DNA of 64,000 bases. Source: Hydrolagus affinis (taxonomy: Eukaryota). The notes beneath the pieces were generated by a model that saw only the letters and a list, made by a program, of their open reading frames with translations, was not told the DNA's origin and searched no databases. Position 1 is the first letter of the stretch, and each line of letters starts with the position of its first letter. The stretch is from NCBI GenBank assembly GCA_012026655.1, contig JAAILG010000861.1:1-64000 (forward strand), written 5' to 3'. A program made the position numbers and the translations under genes. Positions 36,720 through 48,570 of the stretch are shown here, one piece after another.

Positions 36720-38080
36720 TACTTTCCGTGAAGACAATCTCAGAGGCCAGGACAACCCCAGACTCCTCTTCTCCATCACCAACCAGCTCCTCCGCACATC
36801 CACTCACACCTCACCCATCCTCTCTTCCAACGCCAACCGTGGGGAGATGCTGGACTTCCTCGAAAACAAAGTTAAGGGGTTCCGCTCAGCTGACTGCCTT
36901 TCCGACCACTGACCCCTCCCCATTTCTCCTTCACACACCCTCCACACCTTAGAACCTACCTTCCTCACTCATCCCCACCATAACCCACATGAAACTGACC
37001 AACTGCTCCATTGATCCCATCCATACCTCCCAGCTCCACCTCCTTGCCCCCCTACACATAGACATCATAAACCTCTCCCTGTCCACTTGCTCCGTTCCCA
37101 CCCCTTTAAAAATGGCCATCATCACTCCTATCTTTTAAAAAAAACACTCCCTGGATCCATCAACGCTCTCAAACTACTGCCCCCACTCCAAACACCCTTT
37201 CCTTTCCAAGGACCTGGAATAAGTTGCTGCTTACCAGGTTCGCTTCTTCCTCTCCCGTCCTCCTTTCCCTCCAACCGGATTTCTGTGTCACCTATAGGAC
37301 AGAAATAGCATTGCTCAAAGTGACAAGTTACATGTTGTCCATCTATGATCAGGGATTCCTCTGTCTCCTTGTCCTCCTTGACCTCTCTGCTGCTTTCAAT
37401 ACCGTTGACTACTTTATCCTCCTCCATCACCTCTCCTCTCACCTCAACCTTCATGGTTTTGTCCTTGAATGCTTCAGATCCTATCTCTCGCACCGTTTCC
37501 ACTTCATCTCCATAAATGGCTTCTGTTCTAGCCCCTGCACTGTCTCATATGGCATTCCTCAAGGATCTGTCCTTGGTTCCCTCCTTTTCAATATCTATAT
37601 GCTCCCTCTTGGTGACCATCATCCTCAGACATGGAGTCAATTTCTACATGTATGTGGATGACATCCAGCTTCCCATCACACAGAGGATACATTTCAGATC
37701 CTTCAAAGTCTTCCATGGTCATGCTCCCCTCTACCTGTGCAACCTCCTAATCCCCTACCAACCTGCGCATCCCTCCGTTCAACGAGCTGCTTCACATCCC
37801 CCGCCTCACCTGCCCTACCGTTGCCGGGCAGGCCTTCTGCCACTCTTCCACCACTGCTCTGGAACTCCAACCCACTGTCCCTCTGCCTTGCCCCCTCCCT
37901 TGCCCCCTCCCTTGCCTCCTTCAAGACCCGTTTCAACCCACTACTTATTCCCCCTTGCCCTCCACCCTCCCCGTTCCCAAACCCCCCGCAACTCAGGTCC
38001 AAAACAATAACTGCTCAGTGCCTTTGGGATGTTGTCCTGACTTGAAAGGCGCTATACAAATATCAATTGCTTGTTATTGT
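36720..38080 (+). mobile_element. L2 LINE, ORF2 RT region and 3' end, internally deleted and frameshifted
   Basis: TEIALLKV, LLVLLDLSAAFNTVD, GIPQGSVLGSLLFNIYMLPLG, FYMYVDDIQL (decayed YADD), then the 3' tail gggatgttgtcctgacttgaaaggcgctatacaaat. Confidence 0.92.
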
Positions 38081-38338
38081 TCCTGCCTGGCAGAGCAGCA
38101 GCAGCAGCAGCACCTCCTTCCTTCCTTCCTTCCTTCCCTCATTCCCATTCCCATTGGATGGGAAGGGCACCGATTTATGGCAGCTCCAATTGACAGCCTG
38201 TAGCCACATGGAAAGATTTGGGTTCCACCAATCATGATTTGACTCCTCCCGTTCCCTTCCTGGTTCTTTCCCGTCTCTCTGCCCCCTCACTGATTGACAG
38301 CCCAACTCCAGCCGCCTTTCGATGGCTGGAGTCTGCTG

Positions 38339-38340
<2 letters not shown>

Positions 38341-38375
<35 letters not shown>
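38341..38375. repeat. (AATC)n microsatellite
   Basis: Seen directly. Confidence 0.95.
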
Positions 38376-38376
<1 letters not shown>

Positions 38377-39199
38377 TTTGACTACTCCCATCTCCATCCC
38401 GGAGCCGCTCGTTGCTGAATGGAATTGTTTGATACACAGAAGGCCTGAGCGAATACATAGACAACAACAACAACAACAACAACAAAATTACATTTATAAA
38501 GCGCCTTTCACATCGGGAGGACACCCTAAGACAATGGGATGGGAGCAGGAGTTGGAAGACCGAATTAAATTTGATGTATAAAATGATTCTAGTTTTCGGA
38601 CAAATGAAGAAGCCTTTATTACTTTGCCAGTTTCATTCAGATATAGATTTCGCACCTCAGCTTTGAAGTCCCTTCACTGGAAATATCTTTCTGCTGCACA
38701 ACTATTCCACAACATTTTTATTGTATTACTAATCATGTCCAGTTACTATATTTACAAAACCTCATGAGGTCGTTGCAATGACAGTCTCTTGGTTCTCAGA
38801 ACTCCCCTGCTGTTCTTTCCTGCTCCCTCCCAATGGGCCTCAATACAGATACGGACATGAACAGATGTCACTTAAGTAGGTTAGCCACGAAGACTCTTAA
38901 CATGTACTCTACTGAAACGCAGACCACATAAGGCAGGATTTACAGTCAAATTAAACCTGCTTTTGTTTGTTTTTCCCTCCAATCATCATGGATCAAATCC
39001 TTTAAAATCAGGTTCAAAAGAAAGATTGGCATAAACCATCCCAATACTCAGCAAATATCCCAATCCCAAGCACTGGCAACACATATCCCTATTCTCCATT
39101 GGTATTTCAACCAAAATGTATAAGTGGATCCTGAGTAATACAAATGGTACTTATTCTCAGAGAGGAGCCAGCCTGACATTAACTCGCCTGATATTATCC

Positions 39200-40075
39200 A
39201 CGTGTTTAAGGCAATTGAAGTGCTCTCCAGACCAAGCCAAGAACTCCATGCGTCCCATGACAAGGAAATGCCAGAAAGATTATTAGAGTGGAATGCGCAC
39301 TCTCTTCCTGGAGGGATGAATCTGTTTACAATAATAATTATAATAATCCTTGCATTTGATATAGTGCTTTTCACATCTTATCGACAACTCAAAGCGCTTC
39401 ACAGAATATACTGTGAAGTGAATTGATTGTGTAGTTGTGGGTGAAAAGCGGCAGCCAATTGTGCACAGCAGTGTCCCCACAAACAGTCATGGATTGAAAA
39501 TGATCAATTTTTATTATTGTGTGTTTTTTTTGGAGGGATTATTATTAGGCATGTGGAGTAAGGAAACTTGCCCAAGGTTTCGCCCTGACCTGCCTGGATT
39601 CGAACACAGGTCTCATGCTTGAAAGGCTAGTGCTCTAACCACTGAGCTACAGGAGCTCTAATTCCGGAATTATCTAATTCTGGAAAGAGTTAGGCATAGT
39701 TTGGCGAAAATCAAGTTTCGCAACCTCAGAGTGTGCATTTGGGAAACTGTTGGAGTCTAACCAACTAAAACCACATAGCTTGCCAGCGTATATTGCTGTC
39801 TGGCAAGATTTTCTGGTTCTTGTTCAGCTAGGAGCACCCTACCAATTAGGGCTTTGGCGTGCTTGGTTAACCAGCTCTGGCTGAGTGGGATGACTCCTCG
39901 CCCTCAGTGACTGGTCTTCCCTTCCAGGTCCTGCCAATGAGCCACGTTAGCTGTGCTTTCATCAGCAGTGCCCTGATTCAAGAACCAACCTACCGAGACT
40001 GCCACAGAGAGTTGGCATTCTGAAATTCCATTGCCAGGTATGTCGCCTGTCTCCATACGCACTAAGTCAGTGTTC
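39200..40075. repeat. Unclassified dispersed repeat, copy 1 (split by a SINE at 39330-39657)
   Basis: Collinear similarity to 61920-62430 (ccatgcgtccca, tggaatg.gcactctct.cctggaggga, tggagtctaacca.ctaaa, cagctagga, ttagggctttggc, gctgtgct.tcatcagcag.gccctg). Confidence 0.75.
39330..39657 (-). mobile_element. Near full-length tRNA-derived DeuSINE
   Basis: A box TAGCTCAGTGG, B-box-like GTTCGAATCC, Deu block, (ATT)n tail. Confidence 0.9.
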
Positions 40076-40171
40076 AGTAGGTTTACTGTTCAGAATATCG
40101 GCTCCTTTCAGGCCTCGTATTTTGTTGCACCTTTCCCAACACTCCATGCAAGCTATCGCTAAATATTAAGC

Positions 40172-40480
40172 GGAGTCCTGTAGCTCAGTGGTTAGAGCCT
40201 TACAAGTGTGAGACCTGTGTTCCTGGATTGTTCGAATCCAGGCAAATCAGGGCAAAACCTTAGGCAAATTTCCTTACTCCACACACCTAATAATAATCCC
40301 TCCAAAAAACAACACTAATAAAATAGTCATTTCAATCCATGACTGTTTATGGGACACTTCCGCGTTTTGCCCACAAATATACAGTCAATTTACTTTACAG
40401 TATACTGTATTCTGTGAAGCGCTTTGAGACATCTAGAAGACATGAAAAGCGCTATATCAAATTGCAAGGATTATTATTAT
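40172..40480 (+). mobile_element. Near full-length tRNA-derived DeuSINE
   Basis: GGAGTCCTGTAGCTCAGTGGTTAGAG...GTTCGAATCCAGG...gactgtttatgggacac...gcgctttgagacatctagaagacatgaaaagcgctatatcaaattgcaaggattattattat. Confidence 0.9.
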
Positions 40481-40498
40481 ATTAAAAATTATGTTATG

Positions 40499-40604
40499 AT
40501 AATAATAATCCTTGAATTTGATCTAGCACTTTTCATATCTTCTAAATGTCTCAAAGCATTTTACAGAATATATTGTAAAACGATTTGACTCTATATTTGT
40601 GGGC
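40499..40604 (-). mobile_element. DeuSINE 3' fragment, tail-to-tail with the previous copy
   Basis: Approximate reverse complement of 40370-40480. Confidence 0.85.
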
Positions 40605-40769
40605 TACTTCATCATACATCCCGAGGTGGTATTCGTTTCTGCATTTTAAGTAATCCAAATCTCACGTGATTATTTTTTTCCCCTTTAAAAACAGTATTTA
40701 TTTGCCAGGGGGCTATCACTTTGTTCTTTTCCAGCCAGTCTCAATCTCGGTCTCTTTCTCTCTCTCACG

Positions 40770-40793
40770 CACACACACACACACACACACACA
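40770..40793. repeat. (CA)n microsatellite preceded by (CT)n
   Basis: Seen directly. Confidence 0.95.
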
Positions 40794-41114
40794 CTCTTAA
40801 ACCCCAGCTTCTGCTCTGTCCTCCATTCAAGCTTACAGTTTAAGATGTTCTTTTCCACTCTCAAGGTTCTCTCTGCCTGGTTTTTTACTTCCACTCCATT
40901 GGTGATAGAATTGCCTATGGTGGCCATCACTGAAACTGTACTCCAGAAAAAATAAATTAGGCCATTGAAGAACCGGAGACAATTATATATTTTAAAATTC
41001 CCACAGGCACAGATACGTTTTCTGACTCAGTGACATCTTAGTTTTCTTACAGTGTTTAAAGGGGAATATGCTATTACAGAGTGACTTGGACATCAAAACG
41101 CACACATTTGGTTG

Positions 41115-41370
41115 ACAAAATCTCCTGATCAACTCAACATAGGATAGGAATACACCCCTTTAGTCTGTTCCAGCATTTCAATAACAAAATATTATCATAA
41201 CATCTTTTGAATAATGTCCTGTTGTTTTCTCCAAATCCCTCAATTCCATTGCTTCCCAAGTATCTATCTTTGAAATTCCCAATTAGTTTTCCACTACAGA
41301 CTTTCTGGGGGAAATACATTCCACGTTCTCACATTCCGTTACGAAGAAGTCTCGAAATTTCACTTTTAAC
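41115..41370 (-). mobile_element. CR1 LINE 3' fragment (decayed)
   Basis: FKDRYLGSNGIEGFGE-like block and a ..ggaacagactaaagggg.. tail. Confidence 0.6.
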
Positions 41371-41842
41371 TCCTCAGACGACCGCAGCTTTTGTTAGGTC
41401 CTTTCGGATGTTCCATCAGTGCATGTGGAGGTGACCTTCTCACTGCATTTGTTGTTCGCTATGTTATTTCCCTTGGATAGTGGAAGCTTGACATTCGCAG
41501 ATTCTACCCCCTCTTGCTCTGAGCAGGTCAGTCCGTATCCTGCCCATAGAAACAATAATGGATCCCTTATTATAATAATTAGAATATTGTATTAGGCTGC
41601 TGTTGATTTAGAAGTAGCCAAATCACAGGTAAAGATATAAATATTGGAATTATATGAATTTGTGATTTTGTCTGCTGCGTTTGCCTACTAATACACAGTC
41701 AATGGAAATTGTGTAAATGTTTTGAGATGATATGAGGAACTAATCCTTGCACTACATCAAATGCAAGAAATAGCAAATGTGAGATTATTATTAAATATTA
41801 AGGCTAGCTCCATGTTCTCTCACTGAGCTACAGGACTCCACT

Positions 41843-41984
41843 AAACCTTGATAATCTGACAGTCCGAAAGCCGGAAACTCACTAAATCTGGCAAGATTTC
41901 AAAACACATACAGTATTAGATTTTTTCTGATGTCCAGCAAATCTCCCAAAGTTTTTCCCAGCTTGGATTATCAAGGTTTTACTG
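41843..41984. mobile_element. Tigger-like MITE, left tip missing
   Basis: aaaccttgataatc ... gattatcaaggttttactg|TA inverted ends. Confidence 0.7.
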
Positions 41985-42689
41985 TAGATAATAATAATCC
42001 TTGCATTGAATATAGTACCTTTTACGTCTTCTAGACTTCTCAAAGTGCTTCACAGAATATACTGTAAAGTGAATTGACCTCAATATTTTGTATCTCAGAC
42101 AATATCGAAACCATCAGAGAAGAAAGGATGCAACATGTTATTATCCCATTACAGTACACAACAGAACCTCTAACAAGATGCACAGAGGCAACCATTATAG
42201 GAAGCATAGAGGGAACCTTCCCATGTGACGGAGAGGTTTGCCCTGCGCACTCCACATTGGTCGAGGCATCAAGACTTCCTCACCTTGGGTGCAATTACAA
42301 ATGGGGTCTTGTACCCCTCTCCCTCTTAGGTGGGGAGTGTGTACAGGTTGACAGCACACAGGATCTACCCAACCAGTCCACCCTCTGTAACAGTGGCGTC
42401 CCTCCCGAGGTTCTGTTCTCTTTATCTACAAGGAGCATTTACACAGGTGGGTGGGCTAGTCCCAGCTCTGCTGTCCTTTTACAGGACTGTGAACATTTAC
42501 CTCCCTCCCTTCCACTCCCCGCTTTATGATATTTTACAATTTCTTTAATTAGTGTATAATTCTCTGTGTTCATACATCACGCAATACGTTTTAGCACCAA
42601 CGAATGCATGTCACATTTGCCAGCGGAGGATAAATTGTTTGTTAAGGTGTTGAAGTTGCTTGGCATCATGTAAATTTTCCATTGGATAC

Positions 42690-43200
42690 ATTAAATTACC
42701 TTGGCCAGTAAATTACTGCTGGAATGTGGTACGTCCAAATCTCACAGCTGAGATGTAAATATGCAGTTTGTATATACTGTGTTGCCATCAAAAGAGCTTC
42801 AACTCATGCACACAGAATGATGTTCTGCAAACTCCTTTAAATATCATTGCTTATGCTTTATCATTAGCTCCAGGATTACTACGGACCCATGGGCTCTCTC
42901 TCGTCTCAATCCCTTCAGGCATTTTTTTCACTGCACATTAAGAATTTGTTGATGAATTCCATCAGCTTTCCTCTTCTCATGCCATCTGGGAATTTCGCTT
43001 ATCCTCACAATTTTTCTATCACTACAATTCATAATGATTCACGGTCATTGATTTTTTTTCTCCACCTGTTCTCTGAAGGTTCTCTCCAGTCGTACAACAA
43101 GATACTTCGAGCCCCACATCTTTTCATCTACCACTGTCTGGCATATGTCCAATTTCTCAATCGTGTTAAATACTGGATCTGACTTTTATTAATTGATTCA
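42690..43200 (-). mobile_element. Decayed L1-clade LINE ORF1 fragment
   Basis: Read across frameshifts: ..EKKIND..NCSDRKIVRISEIP/DGMRRGKLMEFINKFL..PEGIE..RAH..VRFG.., resembling L1 ORF1 NRSRRNNIRIVGIPEG.E...L.EF...IERAHR. Confidence 0.55.
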
Positions 43201-43462
43201 TGTGTGCCGCATAGAATGTTACTTTCGAGTTAATTTTTCTCTCTCCGTCATGTCACTACTTCCATTAGTCTTTCAGGCTCAACGGGGGAAATTAATCTTC
43301 TCTCATATTCCAACACCATGATGTGACAAGGCCTATTTGCCCAAACTTCAGAAGTTACGTTTCCTTTGATGCCAGGATAAAATCCTTCCCATATTGGTGA
43401 GCTTGGTATTTAGTTCAACAAATTCAAATTAATTGATACTGTATAAGATTTCCATTATACAG

Positions 43463-44060
43463 CAACAACAACAACAACTTGCACTCATATAGAGCCCTCC
43501 ACGCCGGGTAGTGTCTCAGAGCACTTTAAAAGTGGCGGAACCTGACTTCGAGCCGGTGGGGGGGGGGATGGAGGCAGGTGGCCAGAAGCTCGGTGGTCAA
43601 AGACGAAGGGTTTCAGACGGGGCTTGAAAAGGGGGAGAGGGGGGTGTCAAGGTGGGGGAATTGAGGGAGAATGTTCCAGAGTTTTGGGGCATAGTGGCTG
43701 AAAACATGACCTCCGATGGTGGGGTGGAGGGTGCCAGGGTTGAGCTGGAGGCCGCTACCAATCGAACAGAGGTGCGGGATAGTGGGTTGGTGAGTGTGGA
43801 GGTTGGAAAGGCAGGGAGGTGACAGGGAGTAAATGAATTTGAACACAAGTATGACGAACTTGAAGTCAGTTCGCTCGGTGATGGGAAGACAGTGGAGCCT
43901 GGCCGGAACTGGTGAGATGTGGGTGTGGAGTTTGGCTTGGGTCAGTATGTGGGATACAGATTTCCGAATCAGCCGGATCTTTTGAATGGTGGAGCTGGGG
44001 AGACCGGAGAGGAGTAAACCAAGCGGGAGATGACAAATACATGCACAAGTGTATCTGATT
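43463..44060 (-). mobile_element. L2 LINE 3' part
   Basis: FKFIYSLSPPCLS..PTIGGHVFSHYAPKLWNILP and a (CAA)n tail. Confidence 0.85.
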
Positions 44061-44086
44061 GTGGACTGAAGAAAGTTACAGAACTA

Positions 44087-44386
44087 TAATCATAATCATC
44101 CTTGCATTTGATATAGTGCCTTAACATGTTCTTGAGACGTCTCAAAGCGCTTTACAGAATATATTGTAAAGTGAATTAACTGTCTATTTTGTGGGTGAAA
44201 CATGGTAGTCAATTGCACAAGGCAGTGTCCCACAAACAGTCGTGGATTGAAATGACCAATTTATTATTGTTGAGGGATTATTATTAGGCGTGTGCATTAA
44301 GGAATCTTGCCCAAGGTTTCTGTCTGCCTGGATTTGAACACAGGTGTCATGCTTGTAAGGCAAATGCTCTAACCACTGAACTACAG
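44087..44386 (-). mobile_element. Near full-length tRNA-derived DeuSINE
   Basis: Homologous to the other copies. Confidence 0.9.
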
Positions 44387-45167
44387 TACCACTGGAATAA
44401 CATAGGACTGACTTTTCTGTGGTTCACAAAGGGAACTTATTTAGATATAATGATAAAATAATTCTGAATTAATTATATTTAGATTTAAATTTCTGTTTCT
44501 CAGTAGTTATCAAAAAAACTATACCATTTCAGATTTACATCTATGCATTTGCGTATGAGACCTGTGCGAAGGCAGCAAAATTATTTGATCGGCATCTAAG
44601 AAGAATTTGCAATGTGATTTCTTTCCTTTGGGTTGTTTTTTCATTGTTCAAAATCAAATTTCAAGGAAAGAAAAAACATATATGGTCTCATAGGATGAAC
44701 ACGATTTTGGAAGGAATTAGGCGTTGGAGTCAACAGTGTGGAAAATTCTTCACTTTCTCTGATCCTGTTTGAAGTGTTTTATTATTAACATCTTTATTTT
44801 AGCAGCTCTCTCACAAATTGTTTGCATTTTAATGCCGCAATCAATCTGCTTTAATAAATCAGAGCACAACACTAAGCTCAGGGCAAATTCTTTGTAGATG
44901 TCCTAGATTTGGCAGAAGATCAATAAGAATGTTTTGGATGCAGAAAATTGCTTTTAAGCAACACGGCCAAACATCTTATCCTTGTGAAATATTGACAAAC
45001 TGCAGCACTGGTTTGTGATTATTGATAGTTCAGTGAATTAAAATGCTGAAAATGTAACTAAACATTGACAAAGCCTTGACGTGGAGGTTCATGTGTTATT
45101 CAATTAATTTTACTGATCTACAATGAGCCCTTACAGATACGATGAAGGTATTATTAACTGTCCAGCA

Positions 45168-45555
45168 GCAACAATAGTCTGCACTTATATAACATCATTC
45201 ATGCAGGGCGAATATTTCAATGTACAGTACTTTACAAATACTGGAAATATACTGGAAATAGTGGAAGCGAAAGCTCGAAGAGATATATGAAGGGCAAGAG
45301 GAAGGTGGGTAAAGCTACCGGCAAAGAGATAGTTCTTTAAACCGGTTTTGAAACACGAGAAGGTTGAAGGTTAGGGATGTGGGAAGAGAGAGTTACGGAG
45401 AGCAAGGACAAAATAAGGTAAAAGCTAAGCAAGTGGGGAGCATGGAACAGCCTGATATTGACGGAGCAGTGAGGTAAGACAGTCACAAGAGATTGCAGAG
45501 ATAGGGTGACAATAAGGTCATGGAGGTGGAGGCAGGACCGAGGATGCAATGTCTC
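45168..45555 (-). mobile_element. L2 LINE 3' fragment (decayed)
   Basis: Tail remnant and purine-rich reverse complement of the L2 C-terminal block. Confidence 0.55.
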
Positions 45556-46037
45556 CCATATTTAGAGATGCAGGAGAAAGAATGGCATACACAAAACACT
45601 TCAGAGCCTCACCTCCAATCCTATCAACACCCCTACATGGTCATTTTCAGTTCAAAGTCATTTAGACACCGAGAAATACTCAGACACTTAACAGGATTCG
45701 AGAGCTGTTGATGCACGTAAACATTGACTCTGCAAAAATGTTTCAATAACACCCTCAAGATATAAATTCTCACTATAATTAGGACTCTTGTTAGAAGTAC
45801 TGATGCAGAACAATTTCACTTCCCACGTTCCCATATCTGCCTGTTCAGAGGATGTTAAATGTCCCATGACATTATGAAGGTAATAATTCCCTCATCCACA
45901 AACAACCCACCACTTCCCTCCACCCCCATAAAAATGTGGCCATTCACTCCACGACTGTTTGTGGCACATTGCTATATGTACCGAGTGCTATATTGCAGCC
46001 ATGGCGTAAAATTTGACTCCGTAAAATCACAGTAAGC

Positions 46038-46552
46038 CAGTGGTTTCCAAACTGTTATTGTTCTTATTCCAGGTAAACTCCGCTTAACATTGTGACGTTC
46101 GCTAATACGTCGTTCGCCAGCGGGTGGAAAGGGGGGTTGTGAAGGCGCTAAGATCTGGGAGTGAGCCAGGCAAGGCAGCGAGAGAGACCGGCAGCGAGTG
46201 AGTGAGCCGGGCAGGCAGTCAGGGAGAAACTTTGCGCTGAAAAGCAAGCTCGCACATCACACAAACAAATTCCAAGTGTTGTTAATTGTAAATGTAAGTA
46301 ATTGACGATTTGAATAATTTTTTTCATTTAATTAAAACGTTGAATAATTACATTTTTTTTTGTTGGTACTTAAAATAAACTGATTACAAACAGGTAAAGA
46401 AAACATTGAATTTGCTTTTAACATTTGCAAAAATTATTCAATGTGAAAGAGGCGGGTGTGGGTGGGGTGGGGGGGGAGCGCAACAAAAACTTTGCTGAGT
46501 TGGGGTGGGGGGGGAGAGGGGGTGGGGGCTATTCAAAGTTTGGAAGCCACTG
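46038..46552. mobile_element. hAT (Charlie-like) non-autonomous DNA transposon, ~515 bp
   Basis: TIRs CAGTGGTTTCCAAACT / AGTTTGGAAGCCACTG (15/16) with 8 bp target duplication cagtaagc / cagtaagg (7/8). Confidence 0.88.
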
Positions 46553-47129
46553 CAGTAAGGGGTGTCGATGAACCCTGAGAACTCTCCCGCATATGTTCCT
46601 GCTCTCGCAGAAGGTAATCATACTGCAGGTATTTGCGTCAATGCAGTCATATCCCTGTAGCTGCTAACAGAGCTTCTCAGCTGTGCCAACCGATGGTTAT
46701 CTAGCGACGAGGACACATTACTTTCAGGTCATCACTGGGATTGACGTTGATTTATTGCATTTAAAAAGTTTTCCTTTGCTTTGTCCCTAAGCATGATAGA
46801 TCATACCTTTGCTTCCAATACAAAGTAAGGTGGCATTGTGGGGTTTACTTGCTGCAGCCGCAGCTCAGAGGGAGCTGGAGATGGGCCATCGCTCTGAGAG
46901 GTGACGGTAGAGAATGTGAAATGTGGTTCACTCAATTTATCACATCCTTAAAGGATTTTCTCCTCAAGCAATGATGAACACAAAGCTGTACTTTACTCCA
47001 TTATCCCACGGCACCAGCAGAGACAGAGTATGAATGATAAAACAACACAAACTGGAAAATTTCAAAAGCGCTAAATTCTATTCGTTTTTCTACAGGATCT
47101 TTATATTTGCAGGAATGAGGGCGAAACTC

Positions 47130-47640
47130 TTGCTGGCAGCCTTCTCTTTGGACCACATCAAAACCTGCCACATCATCAACATCTTCTTGTCCACTGGCAT
47201 GGTTCCTAACCCCTATAAAAACAGTTGTTATAACTCCTATCCTCCAAAGATCTTCCCTGGGACCCATCCGTGCTCTCAAACTACAGCCCACCTCCAACCT
47301 CCTTTTCCTTTCCAAGATCCTGAAATGAGTTGCTCCTTCCTATCCTACCATTCCCTCTATGAGTCTCTCCAATTGTGTTTCCATGCTACTCACAGCACAG
47401 AAACAGCCCTGGTAACATTAGGGGTAGGAGGGTGGCCAAAGGCACAGTCGAAGAGGAGGGTCTTGAGACAAGTCTTCAAGGAAGCAAGGGAGGGTGCGAG
47501 GTGGAGGAACTCTGCCCCCAACCTCTGGAACTCCATCCCGTGGGAGGGCAGAGAGGTTAACGGCCTAAACCACCAATGGTAGGGCGAGCGAGGCAGGGAA
47601 TGTAAAGCAGCTGGGAGTCTGCTAAATGGAGAGCGCGGAT
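47130..47640. mobile_element. Two abutting L2 fragments (+ strand RT upstream block, then - strand 3' block)
   Basis: HIINIFLSTGMVP..ESLQLCFHATHSTETALV on +, followed by the reverse complement of SFLEDLSQD/LKTLLFD-type sequence. Confidence 0.75.
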
Positions 47641-48259
47641 ATATATAAAAAATACAGTATATATTTCTGCTGCTGTTTTGACCTTGATAAGAACATAGGA
47701 AAACATAAATTTGGGATAATTAACTTCACTTTCATAAAACACCATTAAACCATGGTATCTTCCCTCCACAATACATTCTCTCCTGTTCCCCAAACCAGGT
47801 AAAGAAACATTCAATGATGTAGTTGGTCTTCTGCAATTGTCCCTGTATATCCCTGCATTGCAGCTATCGAGCAAAGTTGCAGTGGTAGAGGACAGCATAC
47901 CTACCTCTCAATTGGAAGTCAGGTGTTCAGTTTGATCAATTTTGTTTGCGCAAATAATTGCCTTAGTCTTTCGAGGATTGATGTTCTTGCATCCTTTGTT
48001 GAACTCAGATTCTGATGGATTTCGCGTAACGTGAGAACCAGCAGGAATTATTTTTTATTGGATTATTAAAATGCATGTATTTAATGCGAACAGTCCTGTG
48101 AGTCCGTGAATCAGGCTTCCTGCAGGTCTCCAAAGACAGTGCAGCTGGAGTATTAATAGAGGCAATTAATAATAAAAACATCATTTTTTATTCCTTTTCC
48201 ATTTTTGGGTTATTTCCTACTCCTAGATATCCCTCCCTTCTGCAACACAACAACTTTCA

Positions 48260-48570
48260 CTCAACAATAACAAAACTTGGATTTATGTGGCGCCCTGCCT
48301 GCCAGACGACGTCTCAGAATGCTTCACAATAGCGGATCCTAGGGCCGAGCCAGGGGAGAGGGGGAGAACGATGAACAAAAACACGCTCGAAAAGTCTTTA
48401 GGCGCAACCTGAAAACAGGAAAGGAAGGGACGAGGCGAAGGGAGTTCCAGAATCTCGGGGCGTAGTGGCTGAAGGCACGTCTGCCGACGGTGGAACGGAG
48501 GATTCGGGGGACAAAGAGGAGGCCAGACCCCAGTAGAGTGAGACTCAGTGACTGAGAGTAGGTTGGTGAT
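48260..48570 (-). mobile_element. L2 LINE 3' end
   Basis: GSGLLFVPRILRSTVGRRAFSHYAPRFWNSL. Confidence 0.85.

Noticed and set aside
42074-42529. 151-aa + strand ORF
   Set aside because: Starts at a non-ATG codon inside a SINE fragment and has no recognisable domain; probably antisense to LINE-derived sequence.
47034-47582. 182-aa ORF, the longest in the window
   Set aside because: Fortuitous fusion of two oppositely oriented L2 fragments.
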